This document shows, in pieces, positions 50,120-64,000 of a DNA stretch of 64,000 bases (position 1 is its first letter; each line of letters starts with the position of its first letter). The position numbers and the translations under genes were made by a program. Origin of the DNA: Lama glama (lineage: Eukaryota); assembly GCA_028534125.1 (NCBI GenBank), contig CM052832.1, forward strand, positions 24,616,001-24,680,000, in the 5' to 3' direction. Below the pieces are notes generated by a model. It searched no databases. It was given only the letters and a program-made list of their open reading frames with translations, and was not told where the DNA came from.

Positions 50120-53100
50120 TTATGAATGAGCAGAATGTGACACAAATTGAGCTTCCATCACCATCACACAGCCCTGCACCGACTGACTGGGGGCGAACTT
50201 TCCACGGTGGGGACGGGGGCAGGATGGGGCTGCCCTGCAGCTCAGTGGAGGTGGTTGTGACCACCGCCTGGCCACGTGTCCCTTCAGGTCCTCATCACCA
50301 TCCCATGCTGATGTCCAGGACACTCCACCCTACACCCTGTCACCGCCTCTCTCCCCTCTGACATCAGCTCCCACTTGCTGGCTCCGATTCTTTCCCACCT
50401 TCCTTCCCTTTTCCCCATAATCCCTCCCATTACCTTGAGCCTTCCTGCCCTTCAGCTTGCGTCAAATTACTAACTTCCCCAAGCCTCAGTGCCTCACCTG
50501 TAATACGGAAATAAAAGCACTGCCCTTGTAGGGCTGTGGTGGAGATTGTGACATAAGAGATGTTAGCGTGCCCCCGAGGAAGGGGAGCCGGCAGCGCGGT
50601 GTTCCCGCCCTGCCCTCTCCCTCAGCTCTGTCCTCCTGTTCCCCAGGCTCCTGCAAGTCCACCTCCCACCCCGTCCGCTTCCACTGCGGGACTCACACCA
50701 GCCACCTCGCTGCCTTCAGCCCCTCGCCCTCCGCCTTTCCCACAGTCAACTCCAGTCCTGGCTGACCGTCTGCAGAGTACTAGCCCAGTTAGGTCCAGGC
50801 CGAGTCGTGCCAACATCTCCAGCACGTGTCCCCTCGGTCCCCTTGCTCAAGCCTCTCCTCTCCCTTCCAGCAAGTGAGCACCCAGCCAGATCACCCGGAT
50901 CAAGCTCCAGAGCATCCAGCAGCTCTCCTACCTCCTATCCTCCAGCTCCTGCTCACCTCGCTCCGGCCACCCTGCCCCTTCAGCTCCCCCGGCAGGGCCA
51001 GTCCCCCCTACCCCGGGGATCCTCGTACACGATGTTCTCTCTGTCCGAGCACTCCCATCTCTACCAACCCCTTATGCAGCCAACACTTTCTCATCTTTCA
51101 GGCTTCATCTTCAGTGTCACTGCCTCAGGGAAGTTGTTCATCCCAGCACTCGTTTCAAAAAAAAAAAACATTTAAATAATTATCTGTGTAAGAACCAAGG
51201 GTCTGTTTTCTCTGCTGGGTGGTGAGCTGCATGGAGAGTCATCGCTGTAGATCCAGCGTTGAGAACAGAGCCTCGTATGTAACCGGGGCACTATCCACAG
51301 TCACTAAAGAATGCACGAACTCACTAATGAATGAGTCACCCGTGTCCCCGTCTCCCCCGCTTCACCGCTCAGTCACTCAGTCCCCCTGGGTGTCTGGTGG
51401 TGCCGCCCACGGGGCGCCCTGGGGCCAGTGTAAAAGCTGGGCGTGAACTCCTCCACTCCCACCAGACCTGTGGGCGAGGCCCTCCCGTCTCCTGCTCCCC
51501 ACCAGCACCAATGGCCTCACAGCTTCCCTCAACTTTTCCCAGGGCTCTTTAGGGACAGAGAACCCTGGCTACACTCAGGCCTGATTCCAGCAGGAAAACC
51601 AGGACTGGGGGAGCGGCCTTCTCCTGCACCCGGCCACGGGGTGGAGCCCATCACTTCACGTCCATCCTTACAACGTGGTCACTCACTATCTTGGGGCCAG
51701 TGAGTTTCTCTCCTGACCAAGCCCTGCTCTGCCCCAGACGCATACTGTGGAGGCACAACTGGAGTTTTATAACCCCCGGTTCTGGTTCAGACCTGGCTTT
51801 TCCCTTTTCCCACTCAACGCTAGATCCTCAAGGGAAGGCAGGGGCCTCAGAGCTCTGCACAGACGCACAGACACGGGGGAAGGCGTGGGCGAAGGTGTGG
51901 TCGTGACTGACCCCCAGGCTGAAAGAAGAAACAGGGTACCTGTTTCCTCCCAGCCTGGGGATCGGCCGGGGGACATTTAAATGCTTTTTCCCAGTTCCCA
52001 GGAGTTCTTCCAGAATGAACCTTTTTTTTTAAAAAAAAACACTGTCATTTAGATATGTAATACTCAGTGTTTTCACTCTAAAGAATTCGTGAGATGTAAA
52101 CATCATCTCCAGTCAATTTACAAAGTGGCTCCAACACATCAGGCTCAGGGAAGGCCTCTCACTCCCCTTCGTCACGTCTTTTCTAAACAGACAGCCTGGG
52201 AGGCACACAGCAGAAGGGCAGTAAGTCTTCAGGGGAAGAGACTGTACACAGAGGATGTACATGAAGGAAACGAGGCTGAATGTGCGCGATTACACCAAGA
52301 GCTCTTTCAGTGCCAAGACCGCCGACGCCCCTTCACACCCCGCACAGCGCCCGCGCCCCAGCACCACGGCAGCCAGGAGACTCTCCAGGTGTATCTGATT
52401 GAACAGGGGATGGTGCACACTCTGCTTTGGGGGGAAAAAAGAGTCTCCCTTGTCTGTGATTAGCCTGTTCGACTCTGTCACAAGCCTGGTCTATTTCAGC
52501 CCATCCTCAGTGTGGGGAGAGCGCCCCGTAAGCCAAAACTGGGCCTTAAAATCCTCGTGACTTTTCAGTAATGACGGACACTCAGTAAAGACCAAAGCTG
52601 TCTCTCCTCTTGCTCAGAATGTCAGATTGGCTTAGGAGAGTGGCAACAGAAAAAGCCCCATCTTGAAAACCTCCGTATGTGTTAGAAGCTTAGGTACTCT
52701 GACCAGCCTACAGGGCCCTTTTGTCATCTGCGTCCTAGTCCCTCGAGGCTGACCACTGTGCCAGGCCACAACAAACGCTATCTCCTGCCTCCCAGCAGCA
52801 CTTTCCCACAGACTCTTCTTAACGGGTTCATGGTTCGCTGCCTTTTTTGGTAGTGTCTTTTGGCCAGACGATATTTATAAAAAATCTTTGCTGTTTCTCA
52901 TTCCCAACTGAAAGTGTATTATCTCCTTCTTTCCTTCTCTCCAATTTTAGTGTTTGGTTAATAATGGATATGCAAGGAAGAATTTTAAAATGTGGCAATG
53001 AAGGATTTAAAAATAGGGAAGCTCAGGCTCCCGTCTGGCCAAAGGGGAAGGCCAGCATCAATCAGCCCCAAGAGAAAACGGAGCCACCTGGTTCAGGGTG

Positions 53101-53669
53101 GAAGGTTCCATCCCATTCCTCCGCTCGAAATGCCAGTGGCAGTCCCAGGAGCGAGTGCGCGGGAGGATGCAGCAAACTCTGAGACGGTGAGAAGCCCAAG
53201 GTGATAACTGCATGGGCCATGGGGCAAGTTCAAACGTGGCCTCACAGCTGCACGTCTGTTTGCAACGTGTGGGGTCCCTCAAACATCCACATAAACTTGA
53301 GCTATTCGTGGACACTAACTGTCCCCACGGACTCTTCAGCCCTCTCCTTCCCCTTCAGGGTGAACAGTATCATTCAAGAAATCCCATTCTTCTCCTCCCC
53401 ATTCATGTTCTGGAACCAGGACCTCGCACGTGAACCGCGTTCGAGCTCATTCAGAACTTCCATCAGAAAGCAGCTCAGTGACAATGACGTTGCTAATCAG
53501 GAGCCTCTTCTGAGCAGACACCCAAAGATACTTCCAACAGAAATGTGCTTTAAACGTGTGATCAATCACTCCTGGTTCCCTTTGGGCATCTCCAGTCCCC
53601 CCCACCCCCAGCCCTAGACCCCAGTCCTCCCCGCAACACCACCTCTGCGGTGCCCCCAGCAAGTCTTAC

Positions 53670-53751
53670 CTGGTCCGACTCCCACTTTGATGATATCTGC
53701 TCCGGAAAGAATAAGCTCTTCCACCATCTCTCCCGTCACCACGTTCCCTGC
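53670..53751 (-). CDS. GMPR: GMP reductase 1, exon 5 (82 nt)
   Basis: [28 protein letters not shown]; cag/gtaag boundaries. Read manually, not in the ORF track. Confidence 0.95.
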
Positions 53752-54769
53752 CTGGGACAGAAAGCACACAGCCTGCGATCATGCACTGATCCCGGTGGGA
53801 CAAAGACGAGTCACGGATGCACTCCACACCTGAACACAAGAGTGAGCACGTTCTGAAGCCGCCAGCCAGCCAGGGGACAAAGGGAAAAACAATGGATCAA
53901 TTCCCCGAATCTACTTTAAGTCTGAAACTGGGGGGCTAGAGTATTCTCCAGGTTTTCTTTCTTCTCTATTAACAAGAGCACAGAACTGGACACCCGAGGA
54001 TACCCTGGGGGAGCTGATAGCATCAGAAGGTTCAGAACTGCATGATTTTAGAGCTCCAGGAGACTTCAGGCTGCCTAGTCAGGGCTTTTTGAACATTTCA
54101 GGGGATGACAAAACAAAATCTTACAGAGAACCCAAATACATAAAAATAAGCAATTAAACACTCTCTCGGCTGATTAAAAATCTTTATTGTTGTTTACAGT
54201 TTGTCAGAGCCCTGAAGAAGTTCTATGGAACCCCTGGGGCCCAGGATTAGGGAACCACTGGTCATCTCACAGTTGAGAAGATACCTGGGTACCCAACCCT
54301 GGGCTCTGTGGTTCCCGACACATGAAAGGGCAGAAGAACCCTTATGGACCAACAGCACTGGGATGTACTTCTTTCCAAAACATAAAGCTGTGGCCCTGAG
54401 AATAAACACATAAGCCAAGAAGCGACAAAATCTAAAAACCAGAGGATGCATCTGGTTTGAAAATGGTACGCGTTCTTTCACTGCAGGAGTCTGGGAACGC
54501 AAAAATAGCCCTTTTTATTACAATTCACTGCCCTGTGGATTCTTCAGCTGGTACGCAGGATACTTGGCAAGATGCCTGTCTGAATTTTCATAACTGTGCG
54601 AAGTCTTATTTTGGGAAATGCATCCCTAACTGTTGCGACTGAGTTTTAGACATTGAAGCCCCAAGTGTCTTTCCGGTGAATTGATTCTCAGAGGGACTTT
54701 TTCTTTTTCCATCTAAGCAAAGTGACTTTTAACTTTGTATAAAAGGATCTCTCAAAAGAGTGATGAGGG

Positions 54770-55890
54770 CTCAGAGCTACTTTAATCCAAACAGCATCTG
54801 ACACTGGAAAAGGATGGATGGCCCAGAAAAAGGACAGGAACATTATGACAGCATATAGGACATGAGAAAGGTGGCATTACCTGTCACTGAGGAAGGGAAC
54901 AACATTTCAATAGACAGAGCTGGGAAAAGGGACCTTTCAGACACATACAGATTATCACTCATGCTTTTCACCAAAACAAACTTCAGATGGACGAAAGAGC
55001 TAAACTAAAAGCTATCTCCTCCCAGATTTAGAAGAAAACCTTGAATACTTGTAATACGCATCCAAGTGAAAACAAAAAAAGATCTGTCTACACAAAAATA
55101 AAAAAATCTGTGTACATATAAACGCACGTGCTCATACATATAAACAACAAAACCAATCAGCAACCCGATGGAGAAAATATTTGCAATTATGACAAACTAA
55201 AAGTACTAACATTGTAAGAGTTTTTCCAAATCTACAAGAAAAATGCTGCCACCTCACAGAATAACTGCCAGAGGACACGAACAAATTCATGGAAGAAATT
55301 AAAGTGGCCAAAAAACAAAGGGAAAGTGTTCACCCTTACCAGTAATCAAATTTAAATTAAGATACCAGTGACGTAGCACTTTTCACTTAAATTATCAATG
55401 ATTATAAAGACTAAAACGCTGAAGAGGAAACACTCGCTCTCTGCTGTTGGAATGTCTACTCAAGTACAAGTTTTCCTAGAAAGCAATTTGTCCATTTAGA
55501 GAAAAGCAAAAGTACGTAGAGCCTTTGATCCAATAACTTCCAGGATTCTCTCTCAAGGCAATAATCATAGATGAGATCAAAGATTTAACTACAAAAATGT
55601 TTTATTGATAACACTGCAAAACTGCAAATATATTCTCCAAGATGGGAATGGTTCAACAATCTATGTGATGTCTTTGCATGGGAAAATGCTTAAATCCTTT
55701 CAGGGAAATTTAGGGAAACAGAAGGAAATGTAAGACCTCATTTTGTTAAAACAAAACAAGCATATATGTAGATGAAAACATGTACCAAAATGCCGACAGA
55801 TTATGTCCACATGAGGGAATATTCCGACTTTTATTAATAAGTCTTTACAATCTTCTGGATTTTACAGTAGAAACTGCATTACTTTTATAA
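54770..55890 (+). mobile_element. Old L1M fragment (ORF2 3' part and 3'UTR)
   Basis: A-rich strand, ggagaaaatatttgcaa, cacccttaccagtaatcaaa, cctttgatccaataact. Confidence 0.6.
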
Positions 55891-55907
55891 TTAAATGCGA
55901 TAGTTTC

Positions 55908-55995
55908 GGGAGGTGAGAATAGCTCAATGGTAGAGTGTATGCTTAGCATGCATGAGGTCCTGGGTTCAATCCCCAGTACCTCCATTAAGAAAAAA
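55908..55995 (+). mobile_element. tRNA-Ala(AGC)-derived SINE, camelid type (Vic-1-like)
   Basis: A box TAGCTCAATGG (55920-55930), anticodon arm ATGCTTAGCATGCAT, B box GGTTCAATCC (55963-55972), ends TCCA plus an A-rich tail. Confidence 0.8.
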
Positions 55996-58900
55996 GAAAG
56001 GAGTAAGAAAGGATGTTAAAAGTCAAAAGATACTCTCCAGCACAGTACCTCTCAGAGCCATTGCAAAGAGTAGATTGTGGCTGAAAAACTGTTTTGTTTT
56101 GTTTTTTTAAAGTGATAGTTTGTCTTTTTAGGGTTTTTTTGTTTTTGTTTTAAGCACAAAGACCAACATGAACTTTGAACCTGAAAAAGAACTTAGTAGG
56201 AACCCAAAAAAACAAGATGCCAAGCTCTCATTCTTCCTTCCTGGTTCCTAAAAATTCAAAACAAATTTTTATAATAAAGTTAAAATTAATTAAAAATAAG
56301 TTAAAAGTAAAATACTTAAAGAAGCTACTCTGAGCTCCCTACAGAGTTTCATTTTCAGGGGGCATTTTTTCCCCTGATCCGGTGCTGCTTACAAACCATT
56401 TTATCTTAAAACTGCTTACTTCACACCAAATAAATTAATTCAGATCAGTTCAGGATGGAAATACCAGGTACACCCACGTGAAGTCAAAGTAAGTCTAAAA
56501 GCATGGAGGAAGTGGACGCTATTTTAAGAGCCCAGAGGCTCCCCTAGGTGGCCCTGTGTCCCCTGAGCTACCCGCGTGGCTCCTGAACCAGTGGTCAGAA
56601 CGCGGTCCCAGCAGAGAGCACTGAGGGTGGGAAAACCCAGTGGAATTACGAAAGCCTCCAGCATGAGGACCACACGGCGAGAAAGCCGACGACCCAGAGA
56701 GGTTGGTGAGTTTCCATTTGCAGGAACAAAAAGCTGTCTGTCCAAGTTTGAAATCAAGAAGGTAAAAAAAAAAGGAAAAAAAAGGCAAAAAGGAAATGCG
56801 AATGACAAAGGGAAGTGTGGTCGGGCTCCGAGGAAAGCCCAGCCCACAGCCCACGTGGCTTTGGCCTCCGGGTGGGATGCGCCAGGCAGGGGTGTCGCCA
56901 AGGGTGATTAGCGGGGAGTCGGCTTATCTTGGCCTCATGCACCTCCTGTCCCGGGCGGATACCAGAGACTCAGAATGTGACTGCCTAGGGCAGCTCATCT
57001 GGCTCAGTCACGACCAGGCAGCCACAGCAAAATAAAAGCTACAGACCCTCAACAGGGCCCCAACGCAGGCAGGTGGAGAAATCCGCTGGGCACCCCCTCT
57101 CCCTGGGGAGGCCAAGCACTGTCCTGGCACCGCCCTAACCACATCAAGGACAGGTGCGAGGGCCCAGGGCAAAGACATAAAAAGTGACAAAACCAATATT
57201 TCAAGCACTTCGATGCCATTTTAAGAAGTCCTCTGGGCCAGAACCCAAACCAAAACCGGACCCAATTCTTCCAGCTTTCCTTTAGATCCGGACATCTCTG
57301 GCAAAACAGGTTCAGAAAGCCCTGGGGTTGAATGATGGCCCTTCCACTCACCGCGTCACATTAGGAAAGTCCCTTCAACTCTGAGTCTCCATTTATTCCA
57401 CTACAGAGTGGGGCTGATCAGACCCACTTGTCATTGTCACTGGAAGGTTTACAAAGAAAGTACCCCCACATCCATCACCAGCACTCCGGCATCATCCCAA
57501 ACTGAAATTTCATACTCATTAGGCAGTGACTACTCCAGCCACTTTCTCCTGGCTCTTCTGAGGCCCTCTGCCAAGGTGGGGGTCAGCAAACAGCAGCAGG
57601 ACCTGCCTGTGGGCCAGCTCCTCACGCAGGAGGATGGAACACGAATGCCAGGGCCTTCTCCCAGGCACACGAAGATGTCCCTCGACCTACCTGTGGAATC
57701 AGGAGCACGAGATGCTATCAAGGCAAAGCTACCTTTCATGTCACATTCAACTGAGTTTACCATGTGACTCTTAGAGACAAATATCAGCTGAGTCTCTGAG
57801 GCCCTCCCTAGCCTCCACCAAGTTCTAGTTCACATCAGTTCCAGAAAGAGGGTGAAAACAGAAAATCCAGGTAACTGGGCTTGAGCGGGCCTATGTACTT
57901 GAGGGAGGTACGTCTGTCTGGCTGCCCACGGGCAACACCTGCACAGAATCCTGGAGCATCTGCCCCCCGGGAAGAGGTATAGACAGGGAGGTGCCTCTGA
58001 GTGGCCTGGAACCTGCTCAGACCATGACTGCTGGAGAAAGAACGCAGGCACGTGACCGAGCCACTGGCCACACACGGAAATGCCCAGGACGTGCCCTGGC
58101 TACCTGGAGATCAGCCAACAGTGGCTGACACGCATTCCCCTGGGGAGCAGAGCAGGGCCTCCAGCCTAATCGCAACACATGAGGGGTCACAGGCTACGTC
58201 CTAGGGACCAGGTCAGAAAAGCACTTCCCAGCCCCGACCCAGGGACCTCTGTGTCCCAGCACTGCCACGTGGTGTAATGAGGAGATGCCAGGCCCTGGGG
58301 ACAGGCTGCCTAGTGCTAAACCTCAGGCCTACCCCTCACTGGCTGCAGGAGCCTCAAAAAGTCTCCTGACCTTGAACAATGAAGTTTCACATCAACTAAA
58401 GCCAGTGCTCTTATCCTTACTCAGAGATGAGTTGTTATTAAGAGAAGCACCTGGTCCCTGCTAGTGCCTTTTTCCACAGCACATACTCGAGACGGGACCC
58501 AGAACACACCATTCCTTTTCATCTCCGAAAGACACCAGGCAAAGGACTGTAGGACTGGTCACACTCTCCCGACAGTCGGCATCTTTTTGGATCCTTTTCT
58601 GCCAATGACATTTTCTACAATTCCCTGCTTCCTCCCTCCCAACCTGTGGCAGTGCTTGTCTTAGGTAAAAGGCAAGAAAAAAGGGTTTCCAGGTTAATCC
58701 AGGGCGTTCTGGGCACCCGATGCTGACACCCTGGAGTTGCCACACTCCGCTAAAAACACGTCTAAGCCTCTCTTCTGTTTGCTGCATTGTAACCATCAGG
58801 GTAAGAGCACCCGTATTAAGTACCTTTCAGTTCCCCAACACTGGACAAATACATCCTCACGATGCCCCCAAAACCATAGAGAAATTATATTTCTAAAAAC

Positions 58901-61900
58901 CAAGATGTAAGGGTACCAAAAGGTTTCTAAATGAAGCACAGATTTCAGAGGTCAGTGCAGGCAAAGAAGGGCTGTAGAAGGAACATCTGCCTCGCCAAAG
59001 CCTCCTGTTCGTGGCTGGGGAAACCGACACGGACAATGAGAACACGTTCCCTGGGCCACCCGGCACGCACTGGGGAGGCACGGGCTGTTGGTGGCTGCCC
59101 AGAGGGCTGTGGGAACTCAGAGCCCATCTCCCCCTCCCGGCCTCATGCCCCAGAGGAAGCCCCAGGCTCCGCACTGGCCACAACGCCCGCCCTTCCCCTT
59201 GTCCTGCCAGCCTACCTCCCTCCCGCACCGCCCCCTGCCCCCTGGTCTTCCCCCAGGGGTGGAGCACAGGCCCCACAACCCACGGCATGCTCAGCCCTGG
59301 GCAGGGCCAACCGGGACCTGAAACCCACGGCCAGCCGGCCAGCCACGAGGAGGATGCAGTGGAGGCTCGGGGGCTCCAGCAGACCTCAGCTATCACTATC
59401 CTGGTTTAAGAAAGTGCTACATGTTTATTCTTCTTAAAGACGAATGCCTCCCACCCTGCCCCATTCCTCTTCTCCATCAGCCTTCTGCCTCCGGCTCAGT
59501 TCTCAGGGCCCAGACCCTCACTGGTACTCACCACGACACACACCTCTGTGAACACTGAACATCGCCCGCCTGATCCCCAAGATAATTCTCCAACCATTTT
59601 CATCCTTGACCTCCTTTTCACAGGGGAGGAGAATGAGATTCAGAAGGTAGGTGATATCCCCAACGTGGTTCACCTCATGGGGACACTCGGTGATGTAGAC
59701 AGAGTGAGGCAGGGGCCAGGGAAGCATCTAGAAAATGGTACTGAGGTTCGTTCCAGGAACAGTGGGTTACCTACTGCACAGCTTCCATGTAACAATGTAG
59801 GTGCATCTCGATGTGGGATGGAACCAAAGACGACCCGAAAGACATGCAGTAGGATTGCCATTTATATAAGGTTCAAAAATAGAAGTGAATTGGGGTTGTG
59901 TGAGAATGCATCAGTCAGTGGCAAAACCAAGGACAACGCAAGGAAATGACCACCAGTCAGGATGGGGCTGCCGTCCAAGGTGGGAGCAGGGGCGCTGAAG
60001 GGCTGTTCCTTTTATGACTAGTTATCGGACACCCACATTTCTTGCACTGGTCTGTACGTCACATTTTACAACTGGATACGTGCATTATTAAAGACAAAAA
60101 AGTGGAGCCACTAGGTCGCTTCATTAAATAAGTATGATTTCTGATTCCTAAGCCTTCATGACTCACTCCTATACCCTAAAACGCCAACAGATGTACAGTG
60201 TAGCTTCCCAGGTATATCACTCCCTTGTGTCTCCAGGGCAATTAAAACAGTAGAAATGAACTGGAAAGATCTGGAAAGATCTATATCCCACCACCTCAGA
60301 TCAGAAGAAATGTCAACAGTAACCCCTGCCTTAACCTCCTCCTCCAGGGAAAGTCAGCGAGGACGCCTCTCCTGCTCAAATACTTGTCCTGCTCTTTCTA
60401 CCATCCCAGTTTCACAGAACTTACGTGTAGGACCAAACGCCGTTTAGGGCTACCAGGTCCCAGCTCGGGGCTGGGGCTTCGGCCCTCCCGGGAGGCCAGC
60501 TTTCTGTTCTCTCAGAAGAGCCAGCTGGGGCCTCAGGACTAGATATGCAGGCATCACTGGGCCATGACAGAGGGTAACCCCATCACCCCCAGCACAAGCC
60601 TGAAGAGCGCCAACCGCCCCACCTCAGAACTGGGGAGCAGGTCACAGACATATCACCCAGTGGAAGAAGGGAAGAACGGAAGAACGGGGCTTTAGCCCTA
60701 AAGTGAACAAGGACGGAGCACGTGAACAGGTCTCGGCGGGCAGAGCCTGGACTTCGCATTCAGACCGACCTGACCTCAAATCCCAGCGTTGCTGCTCAGC
60801 GTGGCTTGACCTTGTGAAAATCCCAAAGTCTAGTAAGAATCAAAGCTTAGGATTCTTCCTCTGTGCTAAACTCGGGACAACAGTTCCTACCCTTTACAGA
60901 GATGTTGTAAAGAAGAGAAAGAGCAGACATACACCTTCGGAAACACGCTAGGTGCTCAATGAACGGTGTCCCTGTTATCAGAAACATGGCGACACTGGCA
61001 GCCCTATTATGTAGGTGAAGTGAGCTCCACTGCTGCCCACCCCACGTCCAACATGGTACAGCTGGTTGACCTTGGGACAATTCTTGATCCCTCCTTCTCA
61101 CGTGATTGGAAAGCATGAAAATACTTCTCTTAAAAATCCTTGGAAATCCTCAACACAAGACTTAACTCCGTCAATAGAAATACTAATTCCTGTCTCCCAA
61201 CTTCCTAACAGTGATGAAACCGGAGGAGAAATTAAATGAAAAAGATTTTAAAGGAGAGTTAGGTAAATTATCTAGTGGTCAATCGATAACTCCCATGTTA
61301 AGACCAGCGAAGACGCACACAATTACAATGCAGATTTCCCAGAAGCCCAAATTTAACCCTAAGGCTTCTATTTCCTTTTCCTGTAAATCCATGTTTCCCA
61401 GCAATAACAGATACACATTAACTAGGGAAGGTGTTAAACATTAGGAAAATTACCCAAAAGGGGGGCAGGAAAAGGCAAAAATAAAGATCCTAGATAAAAC
61501 AACACACCTGCTGATGTGCACGTAATAGCTGACCACTGCGCAACGCTCATGTTGTGGATTTCACGTCTCGCAGCAGCATTTTCTGCTGGCCAAGCGCGCG
61601 GGGCAGAGGTGACTTAGGATAAGCAGACCCAGTTATGTTGTTTTCATCTTTAAAAACATACTCTCTTAAGGAGCAAGACACAGACAGTGGTATAAAGGTC
61701 TCACAGGGTAAGAAACAGCTGATATTTAGCAGACAAAAGGCGTTGATCTGGATTTTATCTTTTACAGAGCAGAGCCAGTTTTCAGCTCTTCCTTAGCTGC
61801 TGCTGGTCCCTTTCCTGCTGATTTTCAACTAGTCTTCACATAAGAAGTCACCAAAAGCTCTGAAGAGAATAGAGCTCCCCCCAACCCACTGCACAACTCC

Positions 61901-61943
61901 CCCTTTCTTCCCCATCCAGAGAAGGTCGTCCCACCACACCTAC

Positions 61944-62117
61944 CATGATGGTGTGTTCTGGAAATCTGGCACGGACGAGCTTCACGAATTCCACGAAATG
62001 TTCCGAGTACCCATTGGCCACATCCAGGCAGATAAACTTAACCTGCGGCACGGCTTCCAGGATGCTGCTCATCTTCTCCAGATCATTCTTCCCACTGCCC
62101 GAGCTCACGGCTACATG
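61944..62117 (-). CDS. GMPR: GMP reductase 1, exon 4 (174 nt)
   Basis: HVAVSSGSGKNDLEKMSSILEAVPQVKFICLDVANGYSEHFVEFVKLVRARFPEHTIM; AG/GT boundaries. Confidence 0.96.
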
Positions 62118-62534
62118 CTGTACCAGGTACACCAAGAGGTGCAAGACGGGAACAGTAAGAAGCACTCAGAAGTCAGACCCTGCCCCCAGCCACCTGCCAT
62201 TCCTGGGGACAGTGCAGTGACCCCCGGACATTTCCCCTGATCACACAGATACACAGTGGCCTGGCTCAGTAAACACAGAGCAGCAGAGGTGAGGGACATG
62301 CACTGGTTATCCAAATTGACTTCATCGCCTTTCCCCACATTAAATTGCACATATCCTTGGCCCTGGACCTCAGCCACAGAATCTTATCCTCGGCTTTTGT
62401 TTAATTTCCTCAAGCTCTCCGCGTGGACCTCAGAATCGTGGAGGTGCTGGTGTAGGAGGGTCAAGCAGAACCAGGGTGGCCGGTCAGCTCAGGCTTCCTG
62501 ATTCCAGAGCTGTGGCCGTCACCCTGAGCCATCT

Positions 62535-62542
62535 TGTGTGTG

Positions 62543-62579
<37 letters not shown>
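62535..62579. repeat. (TG)n microsatellite
   Basis: Direct reading. Confidence 0.95.
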
Positions 62580-62582
<3 letters not shown>

Positions 62583-63729
62583 GGGCGGGGGCAGGGAGAG
62601 GGAGGAAAAGGTGTGTAAAACTCCTTTGATGAAATTCCTTCCTGCTTCCATCTTTACTCCCAATACAACACCATCACAACATGCAGATCATAACCTGCAC
62701 ACGTAGCTGCAAGTCTCAGTGTCCCTATTAAAAGAGCAAAAGGTCCCAAAGTGCAAGAACGAATGAGCCCGTAATGACCCTTCCCATCTTCACTTGGACA
62801 TGTTTACGCCTGAAGCCACCACACCCTCCTCTGTGACAGCCTCTCCCCCCCACCCTCCACCCCAGCCCTCTGCTCCTCTCAAAATCTGCTCTCTGGTCTT
62901 TAGCAATTTACACCTTAATAAAACAAAGCCACTGGAACGTGCCTAGAGTCACCATCTCACTTTTTATGAGATATTTATATTTCATCAATTTAAACCTTAT
63001 ACATTTATTTAATATTTATACTTTAACTCCTATCTCTAAACTATAAACCACAGATGAGGGCCGTATCAACAACCTTCTTTATTCCCCCCAAATCACAACA
63101 ATGTAGCTACACTGTAGACACTGAGCATAAACGGCCTGGTGACGTGACACGCACTCCGGTTTTCACTCCTCATGCCGACAATCTGACCGGTGCCCGAATC
63201 CACCTGTTCTTTCCCTCCCTGGAGCTCTGCTACCTTCTTCATTTCCCCCCTCATTTCTGTTAAATTTTGGCAAGGGGAACTCAAGGTCACTTAGTTTCTC
63301 TCAGTGCCACTGAGTTTTAAACACTTTCCCTTTTTCATTTGCTTTAATTTGGTGGGGGCGGGGAGGAAGTGAAATGATCGCACATGGTGACGAAAGCCAT
63401 GGTGTTCTGATTAACAGCGCGTTGTCAGAAACTCCTGGTCCCCAAATTCCTTCCCGAGAAGAGGAGAAGGTGAAACAGGTGTCATTCATTAGAATAAAAC
63501 ATGGCAGGAAGGAAGGAATCACTATTTTTGTCTCGGAAACCACCTTCTCACCCATCAACATCCCCTTAGGCAGAGCAAAATAACAAAAAGCCAGTGTTTT
63601 CCAATCGCAAACGGCCTGACCATGGGGAGCATCTCTAACACAGAGAGGGCACTGGTGTGGTGCCTCCCGAATGTGCCAGGATCCAAGTAAGGTGTGTTCT
63701 CCTGGGGCTTTTGTTATTTTCAAAGGGCC

Positions 63730-64000
63730 TTTTTTTAAAGTAACAGCTTTACTGAGATATAGTCACATACCCGACAATTCACTCATTTAAAGTGTACAAT
63801 TCAATGGCTTTTAGTATATTCAGAATTGTGCAACCATCATCACAATATTAGAACATTTCATCACCCCAAAGAGGAAGGCCACCCCCTTTAGCCCTCACCC
63901 CTCCCAGCCCCCAGCCTCAGACAACAACTAACCTACTTTCTGTCTCTATGGGTTTGCCTTTTCTTGACATTTCATGTAACCGGAATCATATACGTAGCTG
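63730..64000 (-). mobile_element. L1MB-like 3' end
   Basis: aacagctttactgagatata...ttcactcatttaaagtgtacaattcaatggcttttagtatattcaga. Confidence 0.8.

Noticed and set aside
52359..52378. REST/NRSE-like CAGCACCACGGCAGC
   Set aside because: Lacks the A of GGACAG, which breaks the right half-site and its spacing
55908..55984. Possible tRNA-Ala(AGC) gene
   Set aside because: The 5' end is altered so the acceptor stem is poor, and it has an A-rich tail and TSD-like flanks; better explained as a SINE

Overview
Mammalian genomic DNA, probably camelid (inferred from a single tRNA-Ala-derived SINE of the camelid type; I recognised no Alu, Bov-tA, PRE or SINEC). The window covers the ATXN1/GMPR tail-to-tail locus. 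On the + strand are both ATXN1 coding exons (12775-14679 and 28289-28819, 811 aa, only 4 Q in the polyQ site) and a ~7.2 kb 3'UTR. On the - strand are the last six GMPR exons (exons 4-9 by human numbering, 248 aa), with all splice phases consistent. The most interesting structure is layered on the ATXN1 exon: an overlapping out-of-frame ORF (Alt-ATXN1 orthologue) cut 10 codons short by a change that is silent in ataxin-1, three upstream ATGs (one per frame), and a 19-aa segment flanked by direct repeats that I recall being absent in human. Also noted are a divergent CTCF motif pair with a convergent partner bracketing the ATXN1 coding region, and a SINE with an apparent 3' transduction. The rest is intron containing old TEs. 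I found no convincing wholly novel system. Comparisons with human sequence and repeat family names are from memory and need alignment to confirm.
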